This document shows, in pieces, positions 29,601 to 39,418 of a stretch of 64,000 bases of DNA. A model generated the notes under the pieces. The model did no database searches. It was not told the DNA's origin and worked only from the letters and a program-made list of their open reading frames with translations. This DNA is from Candidatus Gastranaerophilales bacterium (GTDB lineage: Bacteria; Cyanobacteriota; Vampirovibrionia; Gastranaerophilales; Gastranaerophilaceae): assembly GCA_944324405.1 (NCBI GenBank), contig CALUWF010000003.1, positions 8,890 to 72,889 on the forward strand, written 5' to 3'. Numbering within the stretch: position 1 is the stretch's first letter; the number at the start of each line of letters is the position of its first letter. The translations under genes and the position numbers were made by a program.

Positions 29601-29958
29601 TATCAGTCATGGTCGGGATATCGCCGATATATACTTCCTGTTCTTTAATTTCCCCGCTGTCGCGGTTAACAAGACGCATCATAACACGCAGCTGCTTAGC
29701 ATAAGTAGCGTCATGGATACGTGCTTCTTCTATTGTATATTTCGGGTTATCAAATGTATAATTGGGGAGAAAATGCAGTTCAAGTCTGCCTGTGTAGTCT
29801 TTAATAGGTGAAAAAGAAAGAAATTCTTCTTTCAAACCTTCTTTTAAAAACCACTCAAACGACTTTTTCTGAATTTCAATCAAGTCGGGTAAATCCTTAA
29901 GGCGTGTTGCGGGTATGCCCATAGGAGTAACTCGGTTCGCATATTTTGTTGTTGACAT
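26644..29958 (-). CDS. rpoB: DNA-directed RNA polymerase subunit beta
   Basis: 1104 aa with canonical RpoB strings ([90 protein letters not shown]). Confidence 0.98.
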   Translation of the reverse strand: MSTTKYANRVTPMGIPATRLKDLPDLIEIQKKSFEWFLKEGLKEEFLSFSPIKDYTGRLELHFLPNYTFDNPKYTIEEARIHDATYAKQLRVMMRLVNRDSGEIKEQEVYIGDIPTMTDKGTFIVNGAERVIVSQIVRSPGIYYKKEVSPTGKRLYNATLIPNRGAWLKIETDSNDLVYVKIDKNRKILATTLLKALGITPVEMESLFTHFEFLKKTLEKDTTNSTDEALIEVYKKLRPGDPASAAGGRSILEARFFDEKKYDIGKVGRYKLNKKLGLNLPETQRTITVQDIVAGIEYLINLTYDEGTLDDIDHLGNRRIRSVGELLQNQFRVGLSRIERIVKERMTLQDSETLTPLNLLNTKPLVASLKEFFGSSQLSQFMDQTNPLAELTHKRRISALGPGGLMRERAGFAVRDIHPSHYGRICPVETPEGPNAGLIGSLATHARVNDYGFIETPFFVVKDGVVTDEVHYLTADEDENYRVAPADIQLNPDRSIKEEYVPVRYRSEFTMGESKKVDYVGVCPIQIISVATSLIPFIEHDDANRALMGSNMQRQAVPLLVTQRPVVGTGLEKRAAKDSCMVTCSEVDGEVIRVVGEEIHIKGDDGKIYQYPLLKYVRSNQDTCINQRPIVRAGDKVKAGDVIADGASTHQGELALGKNVLVAYMPWEGYNFEDAILISERLVYDDVFTSVHIEKLEIDARQTKLGPEEITREVPNVSEDSIRHLDERGIVRIGARVYADDILVGKITPKGESEHPPEEKLLRAIFAEKARDVKDNSLRVPHGEGGRVVDVKVFDREKGDELPPGANTVIRVYIAQKRKISVGDKLSGRHGNKGIVSRILPKEDMPFLPDGTPLDIVLNPLGVPSRMNVGQTYELLLGLAAYLTGNYYEAPSFDEMYGANQSEIATKEELLKGIKESGCDWVREDGKVTLYDGRTGEPFDEPVAVGLSYILKLVHLVDDKIHARSTGPYSLVTQQPLGGKAQFGGQRFGEMEVWALEAYGAAYTLQEMLTIKSDDVNGRSRAYEAIVKGDNIPRPGIPESFKVLVRELQSIGLDIAVSKKGGEEVDLMSDTDDLRKSAPKRVLSDMDSELLNINFFETPTSFKD

Positions 29959-30128
29959 TTAAGTACCTCTAATATATGTAATTACAATTAAATTTTAAAA
30001 CAGCTGTTAATGGTATTATTCTTTCTTGAACTTATTTTTTTGCAAAAAATGATTTTTTCCCATCCTGCAATATCTTAGTCAGACTTATACAATCATATTC
30101 GCTAAAAGCCGCCAGTCAAGAGTAAAAT

Positions 30129-30158
30129 TTTACATATCTTTACATTTTGTGGTAGAAT
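30129..30158 (+). promoter_or_regulatory. extended -10 promoter candidate for 30171-30839
   Basis: TTTACA (30129-30134), an 18-nt spacer, then TGG-TAGAAT (TG at 30150-30151, hexamer 30153-30158). Confidence 0.35.
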
Positions 30159-30170
30159 TTAAATTGCGAC

Positions 30171-30839
30171 ATGGAAATAACTATGAAAAAAATAATACTC
30201 ACGATTTTATTTTTACTTATATTTACTCTTAAATCAAATGCGGATGTCACTCCGCAGTATCTTTCATCTGTTGCGCACTGGGGAATTGGAGTCGCCAGTG
30301 TCGGCAAAAACATAAAAATTTACGAGGAAAACAATTCCAAATCAAAAGTAAAAGCGCAGATTATTTGGGATGAAACAGGAGAGCTTGAGTGTAAAAGCAC
30401 AAATATGAGCTGTGAAGCACGCGAAATGTTTTTAGGATTTGCCCCTTCAAACAACGTTGCGCTCTTTAGTGTGGAAGATGAAACCGACGAGTGGATACAA
30501 ATTTGCTATAATCAACGTTTCAGGCTTTTTGGCTGGATTAAAAAAGATAATAATACAAAATATCTAAGCTGGGGCGAATTTATACTCTCATACGGCAAAA
30601 AATACGGTATGTATTTATTTCGTGATGTACCAAAATCGTATAAAACTCTGTACGCTTCACCGGATACGGCAAGTCCGAGCGTGGACAGTTTTTTTCTTGC
30701 AACCCACATAAACCCCTGGCTTATAAGGGGCAACTGGGTACTTGTAAAAGTTGAAAATTACGACGACACGCAAAAAATGGGCTGGCTTCGTTTCAGAAGT
30801 GACACCGGAAGACTTTTTGGCTTTGTTAACTTAAAATAA
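30171..30839 (+). CDS. secreted protein with two SH3b-like repeats
   Basis: Signal peptide MKKIILTILFLLIFTLKSNA (from the ATG at 30183). Two units resemble bacterial SH3: IKIYEENNSKSKVKAQI...EWIQICYNQRFRLFGWIKKD and KTLYASPDTASPSVDSF...GNWVLVKVENYDDTQKMGWLRFRSD. Confidence 0.5.
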   Translation: MEITMKKIILTILFLLIFTLKSNADVTPQYLSSVAHWGIGVASVGKNIKIYEENNSKSKVKAQIIWDETGELECKSTNMSCEAREMFLGFAPSNNVALFSVEDETDEWIQICYNQRFRLFGWIKKDNNTKYLSWGEFILSYGKKYGMYLFRDVPKSYKTLYASPDTASPSVDSFFLATHINPWLIRGNWVLVKVENYDDTQKMGWLRFRSDTGRLFGFVNLK

Positions 30840-30842
30840 TTA

Positions 30843-33800
30843 CTAAATCGAGCGGTGATACCTGTTCATAATTTCAAGCTGCTTTTTATCGTTATTTATA
30901 AGAGGCTTGTAAAACGTTGTAACAGTATCGTTTAAAACGATTTTTTCTCCGTCCGCACGTCTTAGTTTGCCGTCGGCAATAATATATTTGACGGGATTAT
31001 TGTGTTCATCAACTTCATCGACAAAGCTTCTTTTTTTCGGGCTGTACACTTTGCGTTTCATATAAGATGAACCGCCTTCGGAATTGATTTTATATTCAAC
31101 ACCGTTTGAATCAACCACGCTTATATATGGGACTTCAATTGGTTTGTCTTCTTTTATTTCATAAATATCTTTTGTAATGCCGACATTTGAGAAAACCTGT
31201 ATGACATTTGAACCCTTATCATCATATTTAAGCAAAGCGTAGAGCTTTTTAGAATCCTGCTGCGGAAGCGAGATTGGCATACCGCCGGCTATTGCGGATA
31301 GTCCGTATTCTTTATACATTGAGGCTATTGCCTGCATTTTATCATAATATCTTTTTATTTCCGGTTTAAACTCGGACGATTTCGGGTCAATCCACTCATG
31401 TCTTATCAGGTTTCTGTTTGCCTGAGTAATATTTTTTGTGGCATATTCATAACCCGTTTGTCCGAGATTATTACCGGCGTATAAGAAAGGAATACCTGTT
31501 ATTGCATTTAAAAATTGAGTTATTTGCAGCATTTTTTTAAGTGCCGGAGCCATAACTTCCTTAAATGCGGCGTTTTCAACTTCTTTTGCTTCCTGTGCGT
31601 CATACCAGGGAATATTGCTGCCAAGAGCTATAAATCTTGCCTCTTTCATAACATCGCCTATTGTTATTTCAAAAGGAAGTTCGCCGAAAGCTTCCGCACG
31701 GACAAAGTCCGGAGCATTTTTTCTTCTGGATTTGCCAAGTGCAAGATTTTCGATTGCTTTATTTATAACCCGGAGTTTTTGAGGATCGTCTTTTAAAACT
31801 TTTTCAAAACTTCTTTTAAATAAATCACCTACGACCACCGCTTTTGAACTTATTTTTTCATAAGTTTTTATCGGTGAATTTTTATCTATGCCAAGAACGT
31901 TATCCGCTGCTTTTCTTGCGTTTTCAATATCTTTTTGTTGTGTTTTGGACGGAGAATTTATACCGAAACGCGAAAGATAAGCGCCCAAATCAATTGCAAG
32001 GCAGTGTGTTCCGCGGGGTTTATCGTGGTTATCGTAGAATATATGACTGTGGGTTATGCCCAAAAGCGGCATTGAGTCCATAAAAGCTTCGAGATTGCTT
32101 TTTATTTCATTCATATTGCCGATAATACCGTCTTCATAGTTGCCGTATTCAAAGTTTTGAGAGAAAAGATTAGGCGCAAGTCCAAAAAATCTTGAATACT
32201 GCGAACCTGTTGTTGCACCTGTTTTTTCATAAAGCATGCGCTCTGCAATATTAGGATTAATGTATTTGCCCCAATCCACTCTTCTTAAGGCATTTGCCAT
32301 ATTTATAATTTCTTTTTGAGAAGCTTTATCGCCAAGCGCTCTTGAGGCTTCGCTTATATAATTATTAATGTCGTAAAGCGCCCAGAGGTCTGTAATTTCA
32401 GCAACTACATAGGATGAGGGATTAATATCTCTTACGTTTTTAACAAACTGACCCCAAAATTCTATAATATCATCCATGGAATCTTCGGCAGTCCTTATTC
32501 CGTTTCTGTTTGAGGTTAAATCCGCAACATCCTTTGCCGCGTCAAAACGCCAGTTTAAACCGCCGCGCGCTTGTTTTACAAATTCACGCGCAAATTTTAA
32601 ACTTTCCGGAGTTAAATATTTTAAATCAGTATTTGCAAGATTATCTGCAAGTATTGACCTGGCGTCTTCATAACTATCCGTATTAAACAGGTTGAAAATA
32701 ATTTTGTTTGCAACGCTTCTTGCATCATCTTCAATATTTCCCGTACTTACCGCGCCGACACCGTACATTGATGCTTCTTTAATATTCTGAGATGTTTTAA
32801 GAGTACCGTCCGGCGTTATATTCACTTTTTCATTAGGGAATATACCTTTTAAGATAATAAAGCCCATAATTTGAGAAGAAAACATATCAAGAATTTCACG
32901 TCCGTAAGGAGTGAGTTTTATGCTGTTTAAATGTTTTTGTATGTCTTTGTAGCTTTCTGCTCTTGCTTTTTCATTTTCAGAAGATTCTTCAAAGAGTTTT
33001 TTCTCAAATTCGGTCAACAAAATGTCACTTGTTTCAAGCGAAGATTCTATAATTTTATGCGGAAGTTCTTCGTTTAATTTTATAAGAGTTCTTGCGACAA
33101 ATTCAGAAATCGCAAGCTTTCCGTAAGGACTTTGCAGGCGTTTTTTAAGTTCCGGACAAAAAAGAACCGGGGTTGCCTGATCCGACAGGTCAAGGGTCGG
33201 GAAATTAAAATTCTTAATTAGTTCATCCACAACCGATTGGATACTGTAGCTTGGAGTATCTTCATCCGGATGCGGCACCCTTGCATTTAAAATTGTTTTT
33301 TCAAGGGCGGCACTTGAAATATCATTTGCTTTTGCAATTTTAGCAATTTCTCTGTTGTCGCCTTCGCTGTAGCATTTTGCAATATAGCCCACAAGAGCGT
33401 TATTTGCAAATTTTGTCCAATGTGTCGCAACATTATAGAGATAATCTCTTGTATTGTAATATGCATCAACGTTTTTTGTCGAAGGATTGGGGTTTGAAAG
33501 GTTCATTTTGACAAGGTCTGTATTTCCGTCCCAAAAATCCGCGCCGGCAGCTTCGCTTTTTCTTACAATATCAAAATTTTCAAATGAAAAGAATTTATCG
33601 AGATGATCAATAATTCTGTTGTGATTTTCATCAAGCTTACTGTACATTTCATGGGTATCTGTAAGCATTTTACTTGTATAGCCGGTAAATTTTTGCCTTA
33701 CAAATTCATTGCCGTAATCAAGCTCAAAAAAGAAGGGGACAATTGAATCTTCATGTGTTGTAATATCGTAATGATCCTGCGGGTTTGCATTATCATATGT

Positions 33801-34913
33801 TTCTATAAGTTTTGTTCTGTCGTTTTGTTGTTCTCTGCTTGCAAGCCTTGAGTCAAAAAATTGGATGTAGCTTGGTTTATTATGGTCGTAATCAGGGTAA
33901 CCCATCGGGTTAACAAGCTTAAAACCTATGTATTGATAAGGGTTCGGATGCGCCGAATTTGTACTGTATACATTATCCGGCAAAATACCGAGTTTTATTC
34001 TGCCTTTAATTTTAAACCAATCGCGAAACAGGGAATTTTTGCCATATTTAAGAACATGTTGAAAAAGCGGGCTTTGAATACTCTGTGATGTAAAAGCACC
34101 GTCTGCAATGTAGCCTTTTCCCGATTTAAAAAGCTCTGTTATAACTTTTTTGAATTTTTGTTCGGAAGGCACTTTAAAGAAATTTTCACCCCAATATTTA
34201 TGTGATGACCTTGAATCAACGCCTATATAAGGATTTGACATAACGTAGGCGTAAGGTTTAATTTCATCCGTATAATCCAAAATTCCGTCAATGTCGCCGA
34301 GCGCTTTATTAAAATGGTTGCGCACAAAAGTGCTGCGATCAATTTTTGAACCGTATTGATTTTCAGTGTTTTTAGTACTGTAAGAATCGTAGAAAACATG
34401 CAATGCAGAGCCGGATTTCGGCGTAACGCCCATTCTGTTGGAAATTACCGTAAAATCTCCATAGCCGTCTACGTTAACTTTAACACCGGGGTCAAGGATA
34501 TATTTTTTTGTTTCAATTTCGCCAAAGGGATTGTTTTTATTATCCGCATTAATTTTTTTATAAGCTTCTTTTGCGTCATTTTTATCCACAAGCCTAAATC
34601 TGTAGCCCATGTATTCACTGTATCCGGGATCGCTTATGATAGATTTTCTTGAATATCTGGTATAACCGTGGTCAATAAAATCTCTGTATGATTTATTAAT
34701 GGTAATCGGATTTCCTACTTTTTCATCAATTTTAAATCCGCCTTTACCGTCTTCAACAACGCCGCATACTTCAAGCAAAATATTGTATTTATCTTTATCA
34801 TAAGGCGCGCTATAAAATTCATACTCGTTATAGGGAGTAAGTTTCAGCCCTTTAAAATTTGTATTTTGAATATTTTTGCTGTCGTTTTGTATCTCTATTG
34901 CAGAAATTTTCAC
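30843..34913 (-). CDS. 1356-aa GH13-like protein with very large insertion
   Basis: GTG start. Region I-like is GKGYIADGAFTSQS (Asp271). Region II is GGLNWRFDAAKDV (Asp791). Region III is SYVVAEITDLW (Glu839). Region IV is HIFYDNHDKPR (Asp964). No signal peptide. Confidence 0.5.
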   Translation of the reverse strand: MKISAIEIQNDSKNIQNTNFKGLKLTPYNEYEFYSAPYDKDKYNILLEVCGVVEDGKGGFKIDEKVGNPITINKSYRDFIDHGYTRYSRKSIISDPGYSEYMGYRFRLVDKNDAKEAYKKINADNKNNPFGEIETKKYILDPGVKVNVDGYGDFTVISNRMGVTPKSGSALHVFYDSYSTKNTENQYGSKIDRSTFVRNHFNKALGDIDGILDYTDEIKPYAYVMSNPYIGVDSRSSHKYWGENFFKVPSEQKFKKVITELFKSGKGYIADGAFTSQSIQSPLFQHVLKYGKNSLFRDWFKIKGRIKLGILPDNVYSTNSAHPNPYQYIGFKLVNPMGYPDYDHNKPSYIQFFDSRLASREQQNDRTKLIETYDNANPQDHYDITTHEDSIVPFFFELDYGNEFVRQKFTGYTSKMLTDTHEMYSKLDENHNRIIDHLDKFFSFENFDIVRKSEAAGADFWDGNTDLVKMNLSNPNPSTKNVDAYYNTRDYLYNVATHWTKFANNALVGYIAKCYSEGDNREIAKIAKANDISSAALEKTILNARVPHPDEDTPSYSIQSVVDELIKNFNFPTLDLSDQATPVLFCPELKKRLQSPYGKLAISEFVARTLIKLNEELPHKIIESSLETSDILLTEFEKKLFEESSENEKARAESYKDIQKHLNSIKLTPYGREILDMFSSQIMGFIILKGIFPNEKVNITPDGTLKTSQNIKEASMYGVGAVSTGNIEDDARSVANKIIFNLFNTDSYEDARSILADNLANTDLKYLTPESLKFAREFVKQARGGLNWRFDAAKDVADLTSNRNGIRTAEDSMDDIIEFWGQFVKNVRDINPSSYVVAEITDLWALYDINNYISEASRALGDKASQKEIINMANALRRVDWGKYINPNIAERMLYEKTGATTGSQYSRFFGLAPNLFSQNFEYGNYEDGIIGNMNEIKSNLEAFMDSMPLLGITHSHIFYDNHDKPRGTHCLAIDLGAYLSRFGINSPSKTQQKDIENARKAADNVLGIDKNSPIKTYEKISSKAVVVGDLFKRSFEKVLKDDPQKLRVINKAIENLALGKSRRKNAPDFVRAEAFGELPFEITIGDVMKEARFIALGSNIPWYDAQEAKEVENAAFKEVMAPALKKMLQITQFLNAITGIPFLYAGNNLGQTGYEYATKNITQANRNLIRHEWIDPKSSEFKPEIKRYYDKMQAIASMYKEYGLSAIAGGMPISLPQQDSKKLYALLKYDDKGSNVIQVFSNVGITKDIYEIKEDKPIEVPYISVVDSNGVEYKINSEGGSSYMKRKVYSPKKRSFVDEVDEHNNPVKYIIADGKLRRADGEKIVLNDTVTTFYKPLINNDKKQLEIMNRYHRSI

Positions 34914-35022
34914 AGTAATTACCCTTTTATTCCCTTCGATTTTTATAAAACATCTGAATGTATAAAATTGCCTTTATATGTAGTTTTATTTAACAGATGT
35001 TAAGACTTTAAATATGCGGCTT

Positions 35023-36801
35023 TTAAAAATTTTGCTGCATAATATTATGTGGCTGCACACGTTGCTCAATATCCGGAGTATCTATTTCAAATACGTGCGC
35101 TCTTAGCGGCCCTAAATCAACAGTTACGGAATTGTCGGATTTTTGGAAATAGCTCGGCTGGCTGTAATTGGGCAGAAGATTGTTCAATTCCTGCGTTTTT
35201 TTGAAGCCGGGTATTTCGATTTTTGCACTTCTTCTCATATTGGCATTTCTGTTTCCGATAAAGAGAAGTGTTTTGCCGTTTTTATGACGTGCGTAGGCAA
35301 TAACCTCGGGGTTATTTGTTTCAAGCTGAATAAACGAACCATGTTCAATTATATCTTTGTATTCAGGCTTAACTTTTCCGCTTCTTAAATCAAGAGATGT
35401 TTTTATAAAGTCTTTGATTTCCGGAAAATCGCCGCCCGGTTTTCTTGAGAAGTTAAATATATCAAGTCTGCCGGTGTGCACCGTACATTCATCATTATCC
35501 GTCTGCGAATTCGGGGCTTTAGCGTGATCATAAGGATATAAGAAATAATCACCCGTTTGGACACCGTCAATGTAATACGGGTTTACCATCGGAAGGGTTG
35601 CTTGCAGCGCAGTTGTAAACATTACCCAAGGCGCACCGCCATAATACATCGGGCTTTGGTCGTCGTGCGTTGTCATTGAACCGATTAAAGATTTAGGCTC
35701 ATTTTGCCTGTTTGACATTGCGATGTTTTCCCTCATATAGTCAAAAAGCTCATCCGCTTTTGTCCATTGATGAAGAATGTGGAACTGACCGTAATAAGAG
35801 TCAAAACCTGCCCTTAGTTGATCTTCGGGCCTGTCGTATGGCATATTGAGCTGCGGAGAGGCATCTTCATGGGTATAAGATTCTGCAAGCCAGCCGAATT
35901 GCGGATCCAGAGAATGAGAATAAGGAATAATAACATTCCAGAACTCAACGGGTTTTGCACGGGAAACATCAGCCCTTATGCCGTCTATTCCAAGTTCAAC
36001 ACAGGCATCAATATATTTTTTGTGCATATCAAGGAGATGAGGGTTTAATTTTCTTTCGCCTTCATTATCCCAGACTCTGAACATTCTGATATCCTGCCAG
36101 CCCTGCGGTGTTTTGTCCTGTCCGTCTTTTTCTTTTGCCATAAGTTCGGGGTGTCTTTTTGCAAAGTCAAGGCTTGCACAGGAGGGAAGGTCGAGCATAA
36201 CCGATATTCCGCGTTTGTGGCATTCGTCAATAAAGATTTTAAAATGATCCCAAGCACTTCCTTCCGTATTCGGGTCTTTTAAATTAGGGTCAACGGCAAG
36301 TTTTCCGTTGTCTTCCACAAATCTGTCGGGAGCATAAATTGAACCGGCGGTACCCATTGCAAGGGTTTTTCCGGTCGGATGAACAGGAAGGACATGCAAA
36401 GTATTTATGCCCATTGCTTTAATTTCATCCAGCCTTTCAATTGCATTTATAAAATTTCCTGTTTCTTCGCCAACCTGGACAAGCCCGTTGCCGTCCAAAT
36501 CTTTTGCGTTCATAATTCTTGGCACAACGCCCAAGATAGTGGCTTCGTTATTTTTAAGCATATCTTTAAAATGGTTTTCCCATTTTACGCCCGTTGTACT
36601 TTTTGCTTCCTCAATCGCAGCTACACTGTTTGCGGGAAGTATTTGGCTGTATTGTTTGATTATATATTTGGAAAGTAAAGGGTTAAATTCCGTATCGGCA
36701 CTTTGTACGGTATTTTGAGGCGTATCTTGTGCATTTTTCGCAACGGGTGCCTTAGCGAGATAAGAAAGGTATTTATTTAAATTTATATTATTTATTGCCA
36801 T
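35023..36801 (-). CDS. GH13 alpha-amylase-family enzyme
   Basis: AMGINTLHVLPVHP; CHKRGISVMLDLP; ELGIDGIRADVSRAKP (Asp278); FGWLAESY (Glu307); SMTTHDDQSP (Asp380). A GGAGG RBS lies inside the 3' end of the upstream gene. No signal peptide. Confidence 0.8.
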   Translation of the reverse strand: MAINNINLNKYLSYLAKAPVAKNAQDTPQNTVQSADTEFNPLLSKYIIKQYSQILPANSVAAIEEAKSTTGVKWENHFKDMLKNNEATILGVVPRIMNAKDLDGNGLVQVGEETGNFINAIERLDEIKAMGINTLHVLPVHPTGKTLAMGTAGSIYAPDRFVEDNGKLAVDPNLKDPNTEGSAWDHFKIFIDECHKRGISVMLDLPSCASLDFAKRHPELMAKEKDGQDKTPQGWQDIRMFRVWDNEGERKLNPHLLDMHKKYIDACVELGIDGIRADVSRAKPVEFWNVIIPYSHSLDPQFGWLAESYTHEDASPQLNMPYDRPEDQLRAGFDSYYGQFHILHQWTKADELFDYMRENIAMSNRQNEPKSLIGSMTTHDDQSPMYYGGAPWVMFTTALQATLPMVNPYYIDGVQTGDYFLYPYDHAKAPNSQTDNDECTVHTGRLDIFNFSRKPGGDFPEIKDFIKTSLDLRSGKVKPEYKDIIEHGSFIQLETNNPEVIAYARHKNGKTLLFIGNRNANMRRSAKIEIPGFKKTQELNNLLPNYSQPSYFQKSDNSVTVDLGPLRAHVFEIDTPDIEQRVQPHNIMQQNF

Positions 36802-39418
36802 TTACCCCTCCGCTTTCATTGTTGCCTTTTTTGTAAAGGTGTTCGTTTTTGACTTTTCCGAAAAATAACTGAGAAACAAGCGTAACGCCCATAACTGCCA
36901 AAGTTAGAGGCAGGAATATTCTCATCCAGTGTCTGTCGTTAAATTTCTGGCTGGCTGTTTCAAGGAATAAATTCGAAACAGGCTTTCCTATCATTGAATA
37001 TCTGATTTTTTGGTTAGCCGGCAAAGTCACGCCTGCTTTTGTGTGTCCTAATCTTGCATAATCAACGGTTGCATAATAAATTCTGTAGAAATTTTCCCTT
37101 GTTTGTCTTAAATTATCCAAAAGTGCACTGTCACAGCTTGAATAAGTAGAGGCACTTAAACCGTAGGGAATTCTTATTTCTTTATTTCCGTTAATTTTAA
37201 CTGTATAGTCAGATAAATTTTCAGAATGTCCGAAAATAAGATCAATGATTTTCGGCGCATAGTCGCCGTTTCCGCTGAAGTGGAATTTATTTGCAAGGTC
37301 GTTCATTGTACCGTCATATATTACACGGCGGCATTTTTCGATTATATCATCACTGAGAGTTTCATCGCCCGTCAGCTGTTTCCAGAAAGCTTCAAGCTCG
37401 CCCGTGTAAAGTCTTCTTTCAAAATCGGCGGCGAGAATATATCTGTGTCCGGTAGCCCTGATGCCGGCACCTTTATCTTCGACAAAAAGATCCACAACTC
37501 TTTTAAAGAGTGCTTCTCTTCTTAATTTTTCGGGAGCTATATCTTTTGATTGCAAGAATTTTACAAGTTCATTCTTGCTAAATTCTTTTCCGCCGTTATT
37601 TTTTACAATCTCATCGTATTCAACCCCGCAAACTTCTTTTACAAGGTCTTTTAGATAGTCCATATCCAAATCAATTTCTTTTTTATAGAAAGCAAGCGGA
37701 GAATTATCGGGAATTTTTTCAAAGAGCGAGCCTATCATACTGCCCGTTTTTTCTCTTATTTGCGTAATTAACTTATTAAGCGTAGTCGCTTCATATTTTG
37801 CTTGCCTTGAAGTTAAATCCGAAATAAAATCCGCATATTTAGCGTCATCTTTTACTATTTCAAAAAGGTGTTTTTGAAGAACTTCTTTTGCGGATTCGGT
37901 TGAACTTCTTGCCAAATCTAAATCATTTTGGGTTAGTTTCAGACTTTTCATAAATTCATTTAAAGAATTTAAGTGGATGCTTGTGTGTACGGATTCATAT
38001 TTTTGTCCGGCAAGTCCGTTTAAAAAGTCGCAAAGCGCCGAAACAGCAGCGCTGATTGGTTTTGTTTGTGTGTCATAAACAGTTTGTACGCCATTGGCAA
38101 ATTGTTCCGCAATTGCAGCGGGAACACGCTTATATTGCAGGCATTCGTTATATGCTTTGTTAAGTCTTGAAATTTCATTAGGATCGCTTGTATTTTTTAA
38201 TGCATTTTCAAAAATTTCATTAAAGCTTTTTACGCTCATATGCGTTTTTTTGTTGGCGGTCAATTTCGAAACTTTTTCCGCAATCTCTGTTTCAAAAGGC
38301 GATTTTATCGGATTTCCCTGTAAATCAACCACTTCCGAGCCCATTGCAGCACTTACCGTGGACATAATTTTTGAAGTGGGAATAGTGCCGTAATCTTTGT
38401 ATATTCCTTTTAATCTGTCGTAATTTTGTTGCAGCGCTTTATTGATTTTCGGGGCAGCTCCGCTTAATTCACTTATAACGTTTGCATCATCGGGATCACT
38501 TGAATGAAGCATTGCATGGAAAGGATCAAGAAGAGCGGAAGCTTGTCTGAAAAATTCTTCGTCAGGTTCACCGTCAAGCCTTTCGATAAGCTTTTTAAGT
38601 TCCTTTGTATCTTCGATATTAAACGTGCGGTCGATTAGTTTGTCATGTGCCGCTTTATCTATTTTTCCGATATTTTTTTGAATTTTATTATATTGGTTGT
38701 TAACAATATATTTAGTAACCCCTCTTTCGGCAAGGTTACATATCATAGAAGTTAAAAGCGGGCTAAATCCTGCCGTTAACATCCACAACGTATTGCCTTG
38801 GAGGGCGATTGTGCGCATTTTTTCTTTTGTAAGTTCGCGATAATCCGGAAGTGATTTATCTATGCCCAATTTATCCGCAACCCTGTCAATTTCTTCCTGA
38901 GAATATAAATCGGGAATAAATTGGTTATCAAGATAAAGTCTTTTTTTGCGGCCTTGCGCATCTACGTATTGCTGACGAATATCAAAGCCGTAGAGAAGTT
39001 TTAAAGGCTCTGATATAAGAAGTCTGGGCCATGCTGCCATTGAGGCAAAAAATGCGCCCGCACCGATGAATTCCATTATACCTTTTGTGCCTGTGCCGCG
39101 GCGTGTGAAAAGATAAGATGCAATACCCAAGCTGCCCAGTTTCATACCGAGATCATTAAATCTTCCGAGTTGATTATCGTTGGATTTACCCGTTACAAGA
39201 GCTTTACCGAGCTCCACTACATCCTTTCCGGTATCTGCCGCGCCTATTATTATGCTTGAAATCGGATTTCTGGTTTCTAAAAGGTAAGCGCGTTGCTCTT
39301 GAGGAGCGATTGAATTTGCATTTAAAACAAATGCTCTGTAAACATCCTGGCGTGCAATTGCCTGTCTGAGTTTTTCCTGTTGTGTGCTTTGAATTGAGGT
39401 GTTAATACTGTTATTCAT
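36788..39418 (-). CDS. 876-aa membrane protein, no recognisable family
   Basis: A hydrophobic hairpin lies near aa 90-135 (LGSLGIASYLF...IMEFIGAGAFFASMAAWPRLLI), with another segment near 205-225. The central region is long and helical-looking. The C-terminal anchor is WMRIFLPLTLAVMGVTLVSQLFF. Its start overlaps the upstream stop (TAATG). Confidence 0.6.
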   Translation of the reverse strand: MNNSINTSIQSTQQEKLRQAIARQDVYRAFVLNANSIAPQEQRAYLLETRNPISSIIIGAADTGKDVVELGKALVTGKSNDNQLGRFNDLGMKLGSLGIASYLFTRRGTGTKGIMEFIGAGAFFASMAAWPRLLISEPLKLLYGFDIRQQYVDAQGRKKRLYLDNQFIPDLYSQEEIDRVADKLGIDKSLPDYRELTKEKMRTIALQGNTLWMLTAGFSPLLTSMICNLAERGVTKYIVNNQYNKIQKNIGKIDKAAHDKLIDRTFNIEDTKELKKLIERLDGEPDEEFFRQASALLDPFHAMLHSSDPDDANVISELSGAAPKINKALQQNYDRLKGIYKDYGTIPTSKIMSTVSAAMGSEVVDLQGNPIKSPFETEIAEKVSKLTANKKTHMSVKSFNEIFENALKNTSDPNEISRLNKAYNECLQYKRVPAAIAEQFANGVQTVYDTQTKPISAAVSALCDFLNGLAGQKYESVHTSIHLNSLNEFMKSLKLTQNDLDLARSSTESAKEVLQKHLFEIVKDDAKYADFISDLTSRQAKYEATTLNKLITQIREKTGSMIGSLFEKIPDNSPLAFYKKEIDLDMDYLKDLVKEVCGVEYDEIVKNNGGKEFSKNELVKFLQSKDIAPEKLRREALFKRVVDLFVEDKGAGIRATGHRYILAADFERRLYTGELEAFWKQLTGDETLSDDIIEKCRRVIYDGTMNDLANKFHFSGNGDYAPKIIDLIFGHSENLSDYTVKINGNKEIRIPYGLSASTYSSCDSALLDNLRQTRENFYRIYYATVDYARLGHTKAGVTLPANQKIRYSMIGKPVSNLFLETASQKFNDRHWMRIFLPLTLAVMGVTLVSQLFFGKVKNEHLYKKGNNESGGVNGNK

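Noticed and set aside
30036-30049. Perfect palindrome TTTTTTGCAAAAAA in the 212-nt rpoB upstream region, the longest intergenic region in the window
   Set aside because: It is composed only of A/T tracts around GC. It is more likely DNA-curvature or UP-element-like sequence, or chance, than a specific operator. No second copy was found in the window.
34949-35001. 8-bp inverted repeat AACATCTG ... CAGATGTT separated by 37 nt, in the gap between the GH13 gene and the 1356-aa gene. It could be an operator or terminator.
   Set aside because: An 8-bp inverted repeat in about 100 nt of AT-rich DNA is roughly what chance would produce, by my rough estimate of a few tenths expected. The 37-nt loop and lack of a U-tract argue against a terminator.
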